In this document: piece by piece, positions 1 to 12,280 of the stretch
How the letters are laid out: each line of letters starts with the position of its first letter
Position numbering within the stretch: the first letter of the stretch is position 1
NCBI GenBank assembly: GCA_040767965.1
Contig: JAXGNR010000009.1
Span: 32,001 to 96,000 of the forward strand
Direction: 5' to 3'
Source of the DNA: Atribacterota bacterium
Lineage (GTDB): Bacteria; Atribacterota; Phoenicimicrobiia; Phoenicimicrobiales; Stramentimicrobiaceae
DNA: 64,000 nucleotides
Notes under the pieces: generated by a model
Seen by the model: the letters and a program-made list of their open reading frames with translations, nothing else
What the model was told of the DNA's origin: nothing
Databases searched by the model: none
Made by a program: the position numbers and the translations under genes

Positions 1-1442
1 TTATTATGGATATGTTTTGGTTGTATTGTTGGTATGATGGTTGGTGCAATTCCGAGGATTAGGAGCAACAGTAGGTTGTGCATTATTGATACCATTTTCA
101 TATGGCATGGAAGCCCTACCTGCTGTTTTAATGTTAGTTTCTTTGTATATGACAGCAATGTATGGTGGTTCTATTGCCTCAATTCTTTAGGGTCCCTGGC
201 ACTCCGGCAGCAGTAGTAACCTTATTTGATGGTAATCCTATTTCTAAATCAGGTAATCCCGGAATGGCTTTAGGTTATTCATTGTATTCGTCATTCGTAG
301 GAGGATTAATAGGAGCAATTGTACTTATGTTTTTAACAAATCACTTATCTAGATTAGCAATTAATTTAGCAGATCCTGAGCTGTTCTCGTAGGTATATTA
401 GGATTGATTAGTATAGCTGCCCTTGGTGCAAAAGATGTCCCAAAAACTTTGGTTGTGATATTGATTGGACTTTTTTTAGGAACAGTTGGAATGGATTTAT
501 TTACTAGTAGACTTAGATTTACTTATGGCAATATTTATTTGGTTGACGGAATTGATCTAGTATCTTTATTAGCAGGGCTATTTGCATTAGCAGAAGTTTA
601 TGAAATGTCTATTGGTGATGTTAGCAAAATATATGTAACAGATTCAAAAAAAGCTTCGTTGTTATATTCCTCTAAAGATTTTTAAAACATAAATATGCTG
701 TTTTGAAAAGCTCTATTATAGGAGTTATGTTCGGTATTATTCCAGGCCTTGGTGCAGCACCTGCTACATGGTTTGCTTATACATAAATAAACGAGTATCA
801 AAAATCCTGAACTGTATGGAAAAGGAAGTACTGAGGGTTTATCTGTAGCTGAATCTGCTAATAATGCATGTGTGGGAGGAGCAATGATACCAATGTTATC
901 TTTAGGAATTCACCCAGTTCTCCCGCTGTTGCTGTAATTACTAGTTCTTTAATTATGCATGGTTTACAGCCTGGCCCTAATTTGCTTCGAAACACCTAAT
1001 TTAGTTTATGGAATTTATTGGGAAATTATTTTTGGCTTCTATTATAATGTTTATTTTAGGGCGTTATGGTGCTACTTTATGGGCACATATGTTATTATTC
1101 CTACTTTTATTCTAATCCCCATAATAACAATGGCTTTATTGGTTGGCGCTTATGTTTCTAGATATTACTTTATTGATCTTTGGATAGCATTTTTGTTGGA
1201 ACATTAGTATTTATTCTAAGAAAGCTAGATTTTAGTATATATCTGCATTCACACTAGCTTTTGTGTTGTCTAGAATTATTGAAACACGTTTTAGACGTTC
1301 TTTAATGCTGTCATCTGGTAATTTTAATATATTTTTTAACCGTCCATACTGTATAGTAATTTTGGGTATTATAATATTTATGGTGTATTTAAGTATAATG
1401 CAATCTATTAAAAAAAGTAAAAAACCTAAAAATATTTATTAG
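1..1442 (+). CDS. tctA: Tripartite tricarboxylate transporter permease TctA; 5'-truncated by the window and split by several frameshifts
   Basis: Fragments across frames give GAIPG, MYGGS, PGTPAAVVTLFDG, GxIPGLGA, ESANNA, HGLQPGP and the C-terminal RFRRSL; stop TAG at 1440-1442. Confidence 0.85.
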
Positions 1443-1622
1443 AATTCTATAAATATTTTAAAGTAAAAAAACTAATAGTGTATTTTGAGATTAATAAAAA
1501 ATAATAGCTATTAAATCCTTATCTAAAATTATAATAGGATTTTAAGTTACTATAAATTTATTTTTTATGAACTTATTGTTAATTAATTGTAATATTAATA
1601 TATAAAAAGGAGATATGAAACT

Positions 1623-2577
1623 ATGGTTTCAAAACCGAAAGTGCTGGTTACAGACCATATAATAAGAAATGAAGCAATTTCGATGTTAGAACAAGTTGCT
1701 GAAGTAAAGATTATTAATGGTCTTTCTTCAGGATTAACTTTGATCGAGGCTGTTAAAGATGTTGATGCAATTTTAGCAGGAGAGGAAAATAACAAAAGTG
1801 ATACAATCTGCCCCAAACTTCCAAAATAATTGCTCGTCATGGAGTTGGGGTTGACTCGGTAGATATTGAAGAAGCAACTAAAGAATTATCTTTGTTACTA
1901 TTACCCCAACAGCAAATGCAGAAACTGTTAGCGAATATACAATAGCGCTTATACTTGCATTTTCTCGAAATATAGTTCAAGGATTTCAACATTTAATTGA
2001 AGGAAAATGGGACCGAGGGGAATCTTGCTTAATCATGAAATATACAAAAAAGAAATTAGGCATAATTGGTTTAGGCAATATAGGTTTAAGAGTTGCAAAA
2101 AGGCTATTGGACTTGGAATGGAAATACTTGGATGTGATCCATATTTATCAAAAGAAAATATAAAAAATTTTAATATAAAAATGCTTGATTTAACAACCCT
2201 ACTTTCTGAAGCTGATATAGTGAGCCTGCATATTAGATTAACAAAAGAAACAAAAAAATTGATTAGTAAAAAATGAACTCAATTTAATGAAAAAAAATGC
2301 AATCTTGATAAATACCTCGCGTGGAGGTGTTATTGATGAAAAGCACTAATATATTCTTTAGAAAATAACAAGATTGCAGGGCTTGCCTAGATACATTTGA
2401 AGAACTTAACATTGCCCTAATGATAGTCAGCTCAGAAAACTTAAAAATGTTTTACTTACTCCTCATATTGCAGGTTCAACTGAAGAAGCCTTTATTAGAG
2501 TTGCAAGCGAGGCTGCTGAAAATATAATAAAAGTTTTAAATGGTGAGTTACCCAATAATGTTTATAATAAAATCTAA
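1623..2577 (+). CDS. D-isomer-specific 2-hydroxyacid dehydrogenase (SerA-like), frameshifted
   Basis: Motifs KVLVTD, ARHGVGVD, GIIGLGNIG, DIVSLH, INTSRGGVIDE and LLTPHIAGST lie in successive frames; AGGAG RBS upstream. Confidence 0.85.
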
Positions 2578-2603
2578 GGCAATGGTTCAATGTATCTACT
2601 ATT

Positions 2604-2642
2604 ATCAAGATTAGATATCAAGATTAGAAATTAGGATTAGGA
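2604..2642. repeat. Three tandem 13-bp degenerate direct repeats
   Basis: atcaagattagat / atcaagattagaa / attaggattagga, read directly. Confidence 0.7.
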
Positions 2643-2725
2643 ATTTTTGACTCAATTTTTAATTTTATAAACTCAGATTTTATAGGTTAAATATTAGTAC
2701 AAAAAAATTAAAGAAGGTAATAAAA

Positions 2726-3496
2726 ATGATCAAGAAAAATAAAACAAAAAAAATAATTTATTCAGGAAAACCTGCATATGGATATTGGATGCGTTCAGCT
2801 TCTTATGAAATTGCAGAAATAGCAGGATTGCTTAAATCAGACTATGTGATCATTGATAATGAGCATGGAATTCATGACGAAAGAACATTAGAAAATTTAA
2901 TAAGAATAGCTGACCTTTCTGAAATTACTCCGATTGTAAGGGTGAATGAAAATCGCCCCATAGCAATACTAAAAGCCTTAGAGTCGGGTGCAGGTGGAGT
3001 GATTATTCCTCATATAGATACTCCAGAAGATGCTAAGAGAGCAATTGAGGCAGCAAAATTTGCCCCTGAAGGCAAACGAGGTTCAGGAGCCGGAAGAAGT
3101 AGAGGGTATGGAGTTATTAATATTCCGAATTATTATAATTTTGCAAATAATGAAACGATGGTTATTTTATTAATTGAAAGCGCCTTGGCAATAGAGAATA
3201 TAAAAGAAATTTCTTCAATTAAAGGAGTTGATATTTTGCATATTGGACCTTCAGATTTAGCACAATCAATGGGCTTTATTGGAGAACCTAAACATCCTTT
3301 AGTTGAAAAAGCAATCGAAAAAGTTCTTATTGCCGGCAAAGAATCAAATATTGCAGTAGGAGCTAGTGCTACAGATCCAAAATCAGCAAAAGAAAGGTTA
3401 CAGCAAGGATTTTTATTTATCCCTATTGGCCAAAATGATTTAAAGATATTTGGAACAGCTTTTAATAAAATGCTTGAAGAGCTAAGACAATTTTGA
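2726..3496 (+). CDS. HpcH/HpaI aldolase family protein
   Basis: IIDNEHG, PIVRV, GVIIPH, KFAPEGKRG, IES and IGPSDLAQSMG motifs; intact ORF. Confidence 0.9.
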   Translation: MIKKNKTKKIIYSGKPAYGYWMRSASYEIAEIAGLLKSDYVIIDNEHGIHDERTLENLIRIADLSEITPIVRVNENRPIAILKALESGAGGVIIPHIDTPEDAKRAIEAAKFAPEGKRGSGAGRSRGYGVINIPNYYNFANNETMVILLIESALAIENIKEISSIKGVDILHIGPSDLAQSMGFIGEPKHPLVEKAIEKVLIAGKESNIAVGASATDPKSAKERLQQGFLFIPIGQNDLKIFGTAFNKMLEELRQF

Positions 3497-4009
3497 AAAT
3501 AAGAAATTAAAAGTATATACATTTAAATCAAGGCAATGCATTACCAAACTTGCACTAAATTTGTTTTTTGACAATAGGATTTTGTTAATTCGATAACTTT
3601 TAACATAGTAATTCAGTAAAATGGGGGAGTTTTAGGTAAATAAAGACGTATATGAAGATTAAATTAGATTTATCAATTCTTTACTAAACATAGGAATACG
3701 GTTCCAGAAACATATAAAGATAAAAAATACATCCCCCGAGCTCTAAAAACAGGAAAATAAAGCAAAAACGAACAAGAGGCCCTACAAATACTCAAAATAC
3801 TTTTCAATAATAATGATTTTGTAAAATGTAAAAATATATAATATACAAATTCTTGTGAAGTAAGTGTTTCATCTATTCAAAAGTAATTGAATATAGGAAT
3901 AGGAGGTGAAGAAGATCTTTAATTGAAGCTACGATAAAAGGTATATAAAATGTAAAAGAAAATAGGAAATGAGAATTATTTATATTAAAATAAAGGAGAT
4001 TATAGAGGA

Positions 4010-5088
4010 ATGAAAATGAATATTAATTTAAAATTTTTTAAATATGGAACAATTATTTTTTTAATAACTATCCTATATTGCATAATGCCAGTTTTATCAG
4101 CAGATGAGCCCCCGATCACTATGGTAATTGGTCATCATTTTCAATCGGACATACAAGTAAGTGAGGTACAATTGGCAATGTTGCATTTTAAAAATCTTGT
4201 TGAAGATAAAACTAATGGAGGTATGTTAGTAGAAGTTCATCCTCATGCGTCCTTAGGAAATGAAGTGGAAATGCTAAGAGAGGTTAAAGACGGAATTACA
4301 ATACGTTCAACTACGCCCTTCTTCAGGTGCTTTTTCTTCATTCTTTCCCAGTTATCAAGCTGTGGTTTACCCATATCTTTTCCCTGATTATCTAACTGCA
4401 TGGGCATATTTTGATAGTGATTTCAATAAAAATTTTATGGAGCAAGTGCGATCCGAAACAGGATTTAGGTATTTAGGTACTCTTGACGACGGTGGTGGAT
4501 TTACATCATTTACCAATTCTGTAAGACTTATAAAGGAACCAAAAGATTTAGTGGGAATACGAGTAAGAACCGAAGAAAACCCGGCTCATGTAGCATTGAT
4601 GGAAGCTCTTGGTGCTACTGCAATTCCATTAGAATGGGGACAGGTTATAACTGCTTTAGCAACAGGAGTTGCCGATGCACAATTTAATGCACCTATAAAT
4701 GGTACAAAATATAAATTATATGAAATTTTGCCATATGCCTCATATACTGGACATATCTATAACACATTAAATTGGGTTGTTAACGATAAGTGGTTTAGTG
4801 ATTTACCAGAAAATTATCAAGAAATAATACTACGATCAGCCCGAGAAGCAATAACTATTGCTCGTGGTTATTACTTCATTTTTATCTTTTAATGCTATGG
4901 GAACAATCAAGCATACTTTTGAAGAAACTTATAGATTGAACGAGCAAGAAAAAAATGAATTTGAAAAATATTACAACCCAGCTTTTCGAGAATGGTTTGT
5001 TGAAGATTTTGAGGGTGACCCAGATTTATTAGATTCAATAATAGCAGAAGTTGATAGAATTGATAAGAGCTTGGGCGGAAGAGATTAA
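4010..5088 (+). CDS. dctP: TRAP transporter substrate-binding protein DctP, frameshifted into 3 ORFs
   Basis: Signal peptide, FKNLVEDKTNG...VEVHP..SLG.E, PYLFPD, DLVGIRVRT and ALATGVADAQ. Confidence 0.85.
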
Positions 5089-5098
5089 TACAATACAA

Positions 5099-5146
5099 AA
5101 TTTTCACAGGGATTAATGTTTAAATAGGTTAATCCCTGTGAAAATT
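5099..5146 (+). terminator. Hairpin after dctP (terminator or stabiliser)
   Basis: aattttcacagggattaa ... ttaatccctgtgaaaatt perfect inverted repeat. Confidence 0.75.
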
Positions 5147-5360
5147 AAATTAATTTCCTGAACAGTGTGAACTTGCAAATTATAAAATAACATTTTTATG
5201 AATAAATTCGCTATCTTATCGATATAATAGAAAAAGCAAAGATACAGGTTTAACAAATTATTGATAGACTTAGTAACGAAGTATACGATTCTTAAGCTCT
5301 TAAGTCTTTAGGGTTATTTGTTTAAAACCTTGAGAAAAATATTACTAGATGAACTATGAG

Positions 5361-5660
5361 ATGAAAAAATCAATCTAACCAACAAAGAAGAAAGATTAAA
5401 AAAGTAGATTAAAAAATTGAAGAAGAAAATAAATGATTCGACTAATAATTTAAAAAAGATAGATTGGTATTCGGTATAATGAGAGAAAATCTTTAAAGCA
5501 AAGAATCAACTATAATTTTATTTTATAATCAAAGTAGCAATTGGAAGATTCTTTTAGAAGAGGCATAGAAACATTTTTAGAAGGTAGGAAAGTCAGCTTG
5601 GCAAGTATTTTATTATGTTTTCAGGCCATTGCTGTTAGCTAACATATTTATCCTTTAGCA
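5361..5660 (+). pseudogene. Possible decayed RlaP/YcgL-type nucleotidyltransferase remnant
   Basis: Scattered peptides KIEEEN, DWYS and KVSL/GKYF/YVFRPLLLA resemble the family KKYFYVLRP motif; many stops. Confidence 0.3.
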
Positions 5661-6078
5661 TTTTATGATTTAGAGATTTAGCAGATTTTTATCAGATGGT
5701 TTAATTCTAAAAGTAACAATGGTACCGAATTGGTATTGGTACCCTTAATAAAGATTTTGACAGGTTGTATGACTGAATTAATTATTTTAATTTTTCAAGG
5801 TTTTTTTAAAAAGTGACTTGATCGTTATAAACAATAACTCTCGTTATAGATTTTAGCTCATCGAAATAATTGCGAATATTATCAACAATATATTAAAAAT
5901 AAAAAGAGCAAGAAGTTAATTGAAATAAATCCTATTAATGGAAAGTATTAATTCATTTGATCTAATTGAATGAAGTGCAGTGCGATAAAATCTATATTAG
6001 AAATAGGAATTTGGGATATAACATTATATTAATATTTTCTATTGTTTTCTATTTTTTTGAAAAAGTAAGAGGTATAAT

Positions 6079-6606
6079 ATGAGCAAAGTTACCAAAATTA
6101 GAGCATATAAGCAATCTAGTTAATAATTTTGTTACTAATATTTGTGCAACATTAATGTTAGTATTATTCGGGATAATACTATATGGAGTTTTTTATCGAT
6201 ATTTTTTAAATTACCCTCTGTCTTGGGTCATACCAATCGCAAGAATGCTGGTGGTTTGGATTGGTATTAGCTATTTCGATAGCATTTAAAGAAGGGAACA
6301 CATTGCTATCAATTATGTTGTTAATGTTTTTCCAGTACCAATACAAAAAATAATACACAGTTTGGGATATATTCTCATTATTACATATCTTGTTTTGCTT
6401 ATCTGGAAAGGTTTTCCAATTGCTTTCCAATCTGCTGAAACTGTCATGATATCGAGAAAATAAGAATCCCACTAATTTGGTCTATGATCGCTATACCAAT
6501 TGGTGCACTGGTTAATTTTATACACCTGTTGCCTCTACCTTTATTAATTGAGGAACGTATTGAGCAGTCTAGGAATGAGCAGAAAAATATCGCTTTAGAT
6601 TTATAA
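6079..6606 (+). CDS. dctQ: TRAP small permease DctQ, frameshifted (missed by the ORF track)
   Basis: ATG at 6079 after GAGG; hydrophobic segments with GVFYRY...PLSWS..IARMLVVW...KEGxH; lies directly before dctM. Confidence 0.8.
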
Positions 6607-6640
6607 GTAACAAATAAAAATAAGGAGCGAAAAGAAGAAG

Positions 6641-7933
6641 ATGTTTTTTATAGCATTATTATTAATAGTATTCGCATTGCTTATGGCTTTAGCAGTTCCT
6701 ATTGGTTACGTGATAGGAATTACAGCCTCCTTTGGTTTATTATATATAGGTGGAACGGATTTTTTAAGAATATTAGTTACTCGATATAACAGTGGGCTCA
6801 CTGGCTTTGTATTAGTAGCAGTACCTATGTTTACTTTAGCAGCTCAATTCATGAATCGCTCTGGTGTTACAGTATTGCTAATTAATTTTGCTAAAGTGTT
6901 TTTGGACGTCTTCGCGGGGGATTGGCTGTTGTCATTACTGCTGTTTGTGTTGTTTTTGGAATATTAACTGGTTCAGCGATGTAACTGAGACGATTGCAGT
7001 TGGAAGTATTTTGATTCCTAACATGAAAAAAGAAGGATATCCGGGGAGCATTCGCTGCTGCAGTAACAGGAACAGCTTCTGTTTTAGGCCCAATCATTCC
7101 TCCAAGTACAGTAATGATAGTTTAGCTACGATGATACCCGAGACATCAGTAATATCCTTATTTGCCGCAGGCTTTTTACCTGGATTTTTGATAGCGGGTC
7201 TTATAATGCTTATTGTTATTTTCATTAGTTATCGCAAAGGTTATCCCAGAGGAGAAAGAGTAGCTGTAAAAGAAATTTTTAAAAGTGCGCTAAAAGCTAT
7301 TATCCCTCTTATGACAGGGATAATCATGTTACTTCCTATATTTTATTAGGAATAACTGATGTTACTGAAGCTTCTGCCGCAGGTGCTTTTTATGCTTTGT
7401 TATTGGTTTATTTTATTATAAAACATTAAAAATAAAAGATATTTTTGAATCAGCAAAAAACGCATCTAAGTTCTTGGGTGTTATTTATTTATTACTAGCT
7501 ACAGCTAGTGTATTGGGTTGGATTATTGCAAAGTGGTCTTAGTACTATGGTATCAGACACAATAACCGGGTATAGTGGGAATCCAATTATGATACTTATT
7601 GCACTAAATATTTTTTTATTAATAGTGGGAATGTTTGTGGACACACTCCCAGCAGTAATTATACTAGCTCCAATTCTTATACCACCCCTGATAAGGATAG
7701 GATTTCATCCATTGCATGTGAGTATGTTATTATTAATTAATTTAAATATTGGGAATGCTACACCTCCGGTAGGGATGACCCTTATGACTGCATCAAAAAT
7801 TGCAGGGGTTTCTTATGAAAGCACAATAAAGCAAGGTTTTCCATTTATACTTTGCTTGATAATAGCACTTTTAATATTGACTTATTTCCCAGTGATTATT
7901 CTATTTGTACCAACTTTACTTGGTTTAATATAA
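6641..7933 (+). CDS. dctM: TRAP large permease DctM, frameshifted
   Basis: AVPMFTLA, GPIIPPS, SLFAAGFLPG, TEASA, GMFVD and TPPVG motifs. Confidence 0.9.
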
Positions 7934-7944
7934 TTTTTTTAATC

Positions 7945-7986
7945 AAGCGAGAACTCCCACCTATAAGGGCAGAGGTGAGAGCATGT
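7945..7986 (+). mobile_element. Degenerate IS200/IS605-type end hairpin (orphan)
   Basis: gaactcccacct...aggtgagagcatgt resembles IS200/IS605 subterminal hairpins; no tnpA/tnpB nearby. Confidence 0.4.
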
Positions 7987-8341
7987 ATCTTTACCTTTCA
8001 TCCGTACTTTAATTAACAATAAGTAAAAACTTAAAAAAATTATTCTGAATTTGTTTTTTAATAATTGTTTTGTTGTATTCCATTAACAAAAAGTATTAAT
8101 TAGTGCTTATTAGTCGAAAGTTCAAAAGATCCAAAAGATGATGGGAAATAATAGTCTTGCATATAATAGAGAGGAGGTTCATTACCTAAAAGAAATTACT
8201 GCGGTAAATGTTGTATTGTAATTGGATAATTGTGGTGAATAAAGATTAAGTAATATAAGTAATAGATGAATAATAGTGAAAAGACATTGTGGCCTCATTA
8301 GATACAAAATACGCGCATGTTTTCTGAAGGAGAAAACAATA

Positions 8342-9527
8342 ATGATAGAAAAAACTATTTCCTTATCAGTCCATCGTCTCCTGCTCTACTCTTGGACATG
8401 AATAAGATAGAGCGAAACATAAAAATGTCTCGGCTAGCAGCCGATGCGAATGTTAGATTAAGGCCACATGTTAAGATTCATGAAAGTGCAGAAATTGCCA
8501 AATGCAAATTGATGCAGGAGCGTGTGGTGTAGAAGTAGGTCCTGTGGCTCAAGCGAGTGTATGGTAAATAATGGGATTAAGGATATAAAAATTGCTCACC
8601 ACAGTTATTATGGCGGACACAAGGGTGAATCACTCAAAAGAATTCTTTTGAATGGCGATGTAAAAGTCACTGTTGTAATAGATATGATTGAACAAGCTGA
8701 ACAAATATCTTGTATTGGTAAAATGCTTGGTCGAGAAGTTTTCTGTAAATATAAAGATTGATACAAGTATAGTAGCAGGTGGCATTTCACGTCATGGTAT
8801 CAGAACTTGATGAAGAAGCCTTAATCACCGCAGCTAGGAAGGCTTCTAGATTCCATATTAAAGTAACAGGAATTTACGCCCATGAAATGGGTGCTGAAGC
8901 AACAGATAAGTCTTTTAGATTTCATGCTTATAAAACTCTCGAGATAATGTCAAACTTGGCTATAAAATTTAAAAATGCCGGTATTGAATTAAATGATGTT
9001 TCTGTTGGTGCTTCCCTGAATATCGCTATACATGCAAATATCTAAGGAAAGGTAAATTCGGGAGGTAAATGAACTTCATCCAGGGGAATTTTGTGATTGG
9101 CAGTCTTGTATACTGACATCTTGGTGGTAATAAAATAGAAAATTGCGCTCTCGAAGTATGTTGGTTACAGTAATGAGTACCGCTCATCCAGACTGGGTAA
9201 TGATTGATGCAGGTTATAAAGGCTTTTTCTCCTGATTATATTTTGGGAGCTGAATGAGCGAGCTATTTCTGGGAATACAAAGGTACACCTTTACGCTTTG
9301 GTCTTAGGTAAAGAACGCACAGATTTACGGGCAGCAACATTGTGAGTGCTGAGGTACATATTTATTATATGGATCACTAAACCAAAACTAAATATTGGTG
9401 ACCGCTTGGAAATTATTCCAAACAACAGCACTTGTGCTATAAATATGCATGATCCTCTATATATGGAAGTAAGAAATGGCTTTATAGAGAGAGTAATTCC
9501 TATTACCTGTGGGGTAAAGGTAACTAG
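8342..9527 (+). CDS. DSD1/D-threonine aldolase family fold-type III PLP enzyme, heavily frameshifted (copy 1)
   Basis: SPALLLD, LRPHVKIH (PLP Lys), GIYAHE, IDAGYK and IGDRLEIIPNN motifs; ends are approximate. Confidence 0.8.
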
Positions 9528-9694
9528 TGTTACGTTCCTAAAAAATCTTTACATTTGAAATATTTTATCTGATACTTTGAGCAAGGATTGATTTAAGAGG
9601 AATATTATTATTGGGTTTTGATTAAATGATTCAATGTTTAATATTATATTTATATTATTAATAGTAAAACTTTAATATATAAAAGGAGTTTTTA

Positions 9695-10802
9695 ATGGAT
9701 AGATATATAATTGGTTCTCGAGTTGAAGATATCGAAACACCTGCTCTATTACTTGAGCTTGATAAACTTGAATACAAGCATAATAAAATGGCAGACTTAA
9801 TAAGAAAAAACAATAAATATATTAGACCACATTTTAAAACACATAAGAATCCTTTTAGCGCACAAACAACTTTCAGCGGGGCTATTGGAATTACCTGCCA
9901 GAAATTATCAGAAACAGAGGTGCTGGCAAAATCTGGAATAAAAGATATCCTTATTACAAATGAAGTGGTGGGGAAGCAAAAATAAGAAGATTAGTAAATT
10001 TAGCTGCTTATACTGATATCAAAGTTGCGATTGATAATGAGCAAAATGCAGAAGATATTTCTGAGATAGCTTTAGACAAAGGTGTTGTAGTAAATTATTT
10101 GGTTGAAGTTAATATAGGAATGAATCGTTGTGGGATAAGAATAGGGGAGCCAGTTGTAAATTTTATAAAAAAAATAAATAAATTACAAGGTTTAAAATTT
10201 TTAGGGATCTTCGCTTATGAAGGCCACGCTGTATTTATAGAGTCATTGGAAGAAAGGTATAAAGAAACCAATATAGCCCTTGAAAAAGTTAGTCATACCA
10301 AAGAATTACTTGAAAAGGAATCCATATTTTTTGTCAAATAATTAGTTGTGCAGGAACAGGTACTTATATGATTGCAGGGCAACACCCAGATGTTACAGAA
10401 ATTGAGGCAGGCAGTTATCTAACAATGGATAGCAAATATGAAAATATAGAGGGGGTTGGGGAAACCTTTAAAACAGCTTTAAGTGTACTTACTACTATTA
10501 TAAGCATTCCAAGTAATGATAGGATAATTATTGATGCTGGTTTAAAATCTATAAGTAAAGATTTTGGTATGCCGTTCTCAAAGAACAATAGAGAGATCTA
10601 AAATTGTATAAGCTTTCAGAAGAACATGGAATATTTAAGGTAAATAAAAGATAATAATAAAAATTTTTCTTTAGGGCAAAAAATAGAATTAATTCCTAGT
10701 CATGGTTGTACAACGATAAACTTACATGATCTTTATTATGGAATTAGATCCGGCATTGTGGAATGCATTTTGCCAATAGAAGGAAGAGGAAAAAGCTATT
10801 AG
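9695..10802 (+). CDS. DSD1/D-threonine aldolase family fold-type III PLP enzyme, frameshifted (copy 2)
   Basis: TPALLLELD, IRPHFKTHK, GMNRCG, AYEGH, EIEAGSY..MD, IDAGLKS, SEEHG and PSHGCTTINLH. Confidence 0.9.
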
Positions 10803-10868
10803 GTAATAATTTTAAAAGCAAGAAAGTTATAGGGTTATAACAGGATCTATTGTTGACAATTTAACAAA

Positions 10869-10912
10869 GGAACTAGGGAGTAAGACTTATAACTACCAGA
10901 TTCTCCCTAGTC
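10869..10912 (+). terminator. Possible terminator after the catabolic cluster
   Basis: ggaactagggga ... tctccctagtcc imperfect stem followed by an AT-rich tract. Confidence 0.4.
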
Positions 10913-11176
10913 CATATTTATTCTCCCAAATTCAGCTATTCACCAATCCTCTGGAGGCATTTTAACGGTTTCTTCCCGAGCAAGGTATCTTTATTTATTG
11001 AATGACACAAGAGACCGTTGTTCATGCTAAGCAATTTTTTGTCTTTATGGGCCTTAGAAATAACCGTTATGTAGTTTAAGAAATTTTATGCTATAATAAT
11101 AAAAAATATCAATTAAAACATTTCTTAATAATATTCCGTTATTCAGAACCTATAATTTTAAAGGGAGGCAATATAA

Positions 11177-11764
11177 ATGATTGCTTATAAAACAGAAAAA
11201 CTTAACAATGCCATTTGTTATTTTGCCAATGAAGTTTATAAGCGAAGGAAGGAATATTTGCCCCAAACATTATTATATAAATTGCTTTCTTATTTGGATT
11301 TCACCAGTATTGAAAAATTAGGAGTCCCAGCTTTAGAGCTAAAATATCGTGCTCTTAAGAATGGCCCAGTACCTGAAGAGATATATCAAAACAAAGATGC
11401 ATACGAAACTGATTGCTTTAAATTTGAGAAGAGAAGCAATAGAAGATTTATTATTATCTCAAAGAGGGAAGCTGATTTAGATTATTTTTCAGATTTTGAA
11501 ATCGAGATAATGAATGATTTATTAAACAGATATATCGGCAAAGAAAATACTATGAAAGAAATCATTGATAATATCTGTAATGATAGTCACAAAGATATCA
11601 AAGCCTGGAAAGTAGCATATGACCGGGGAAAAAATAGTGAAATGAATTATAGTGATACATTTGAAGCAATTGACCAAAAAGATCTTGAAAATTTATCTAT
11701 ATCTATAAATGAAGAAAGGTTTTTAGTTTATCGCGGCTTAAAAGAAAAAACTAAATGCAATTAG
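11177..11764 (+). CDS. Panacea domain (DUF4065/SocA-like) antitoxin PanA
   Basis: KLNNAICYF...LYKLLSYLDF...Y.ALKNGPVP signature and later SH....W; GGAGG RBS. Confidence 0.85.
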   Translation: MIAYKTEKLNNAICYFANEVYKRRKEYLPQTLLYKLLSYLDFTSIEKLGVPALELKYRALKNGPVPEEIYQNKDAYETDCFKFEKRSNRRFIIISKREADLDYFSDFEIEIMNDLLNRYIGKENTMKEIIDNICNDSHKDIKAWKVAYDRGKNSEMNYSDTFEAIDQKDLENLSISINEERFLVYRGLKEKTKCN

Positions 11765-12212
11765 GTTCAGTATTTATTTGGAAAAATTTCCCCCACGGTA
11801 AAGATGGTACCATTAAAGATAGATATTTTGTATATGTTGGAGAAAGCCATTTCCCCGTTAACCCTGTACATATATTTTTAATTACTACAACAACTAGAAA
11901 AATGTATTATGCAACAGGTGGTTCTAGAGAAAAGCATAATATTTACAAGTTTAAAGCTGGTTCTTTTGGTTTTGTGGAAGATTGTATTTTAGATATTGAT
12001 TTTCTTCAATCTAATATAAAAAAAAGTGCTTTTGACTCCTGTCAAAATGAAATAAAAGAGGTTGGTAAACTTCCGGAGAAAGAATTGAAAGAAATATAAT
12101 ATATAATTTAATATTAAAATCTAAATACATAAACTTAAAGGCTAAACAAGATATTTATATTAGCTATAACCACGCAAATATAATAGGTCTAAAGAGACCA
12201 AAAAGAAAATAA
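11755..12212 (+). CDS. Putative PemK/MazF-fold toxin (PanT); stop at 12097-12099, reading frame resumes to TAA at 12212
   Basis: Overlaps the antitoxin stop; GSVF...FP..DG..KDRYFVYVG...LITTT resembles the PemK/MazF G-x-FP-x-K-x-R-x-V-V-x-T/S pattern. Confidence 0.55.
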
Positions 12213-12280
12213 ATAAAAAAGAATAAGTAAATAATGGAATCAGATACTGTCTTGAAAATCAACTCAAAACTATTCTTTAA

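Noticed and set aside
3621-3737. ggggga...tccccc pairing upstream of dctP as a possible structured RNA
   Set aside because: Only a 6-bp complement over about 110 nt and no known riboswitch core
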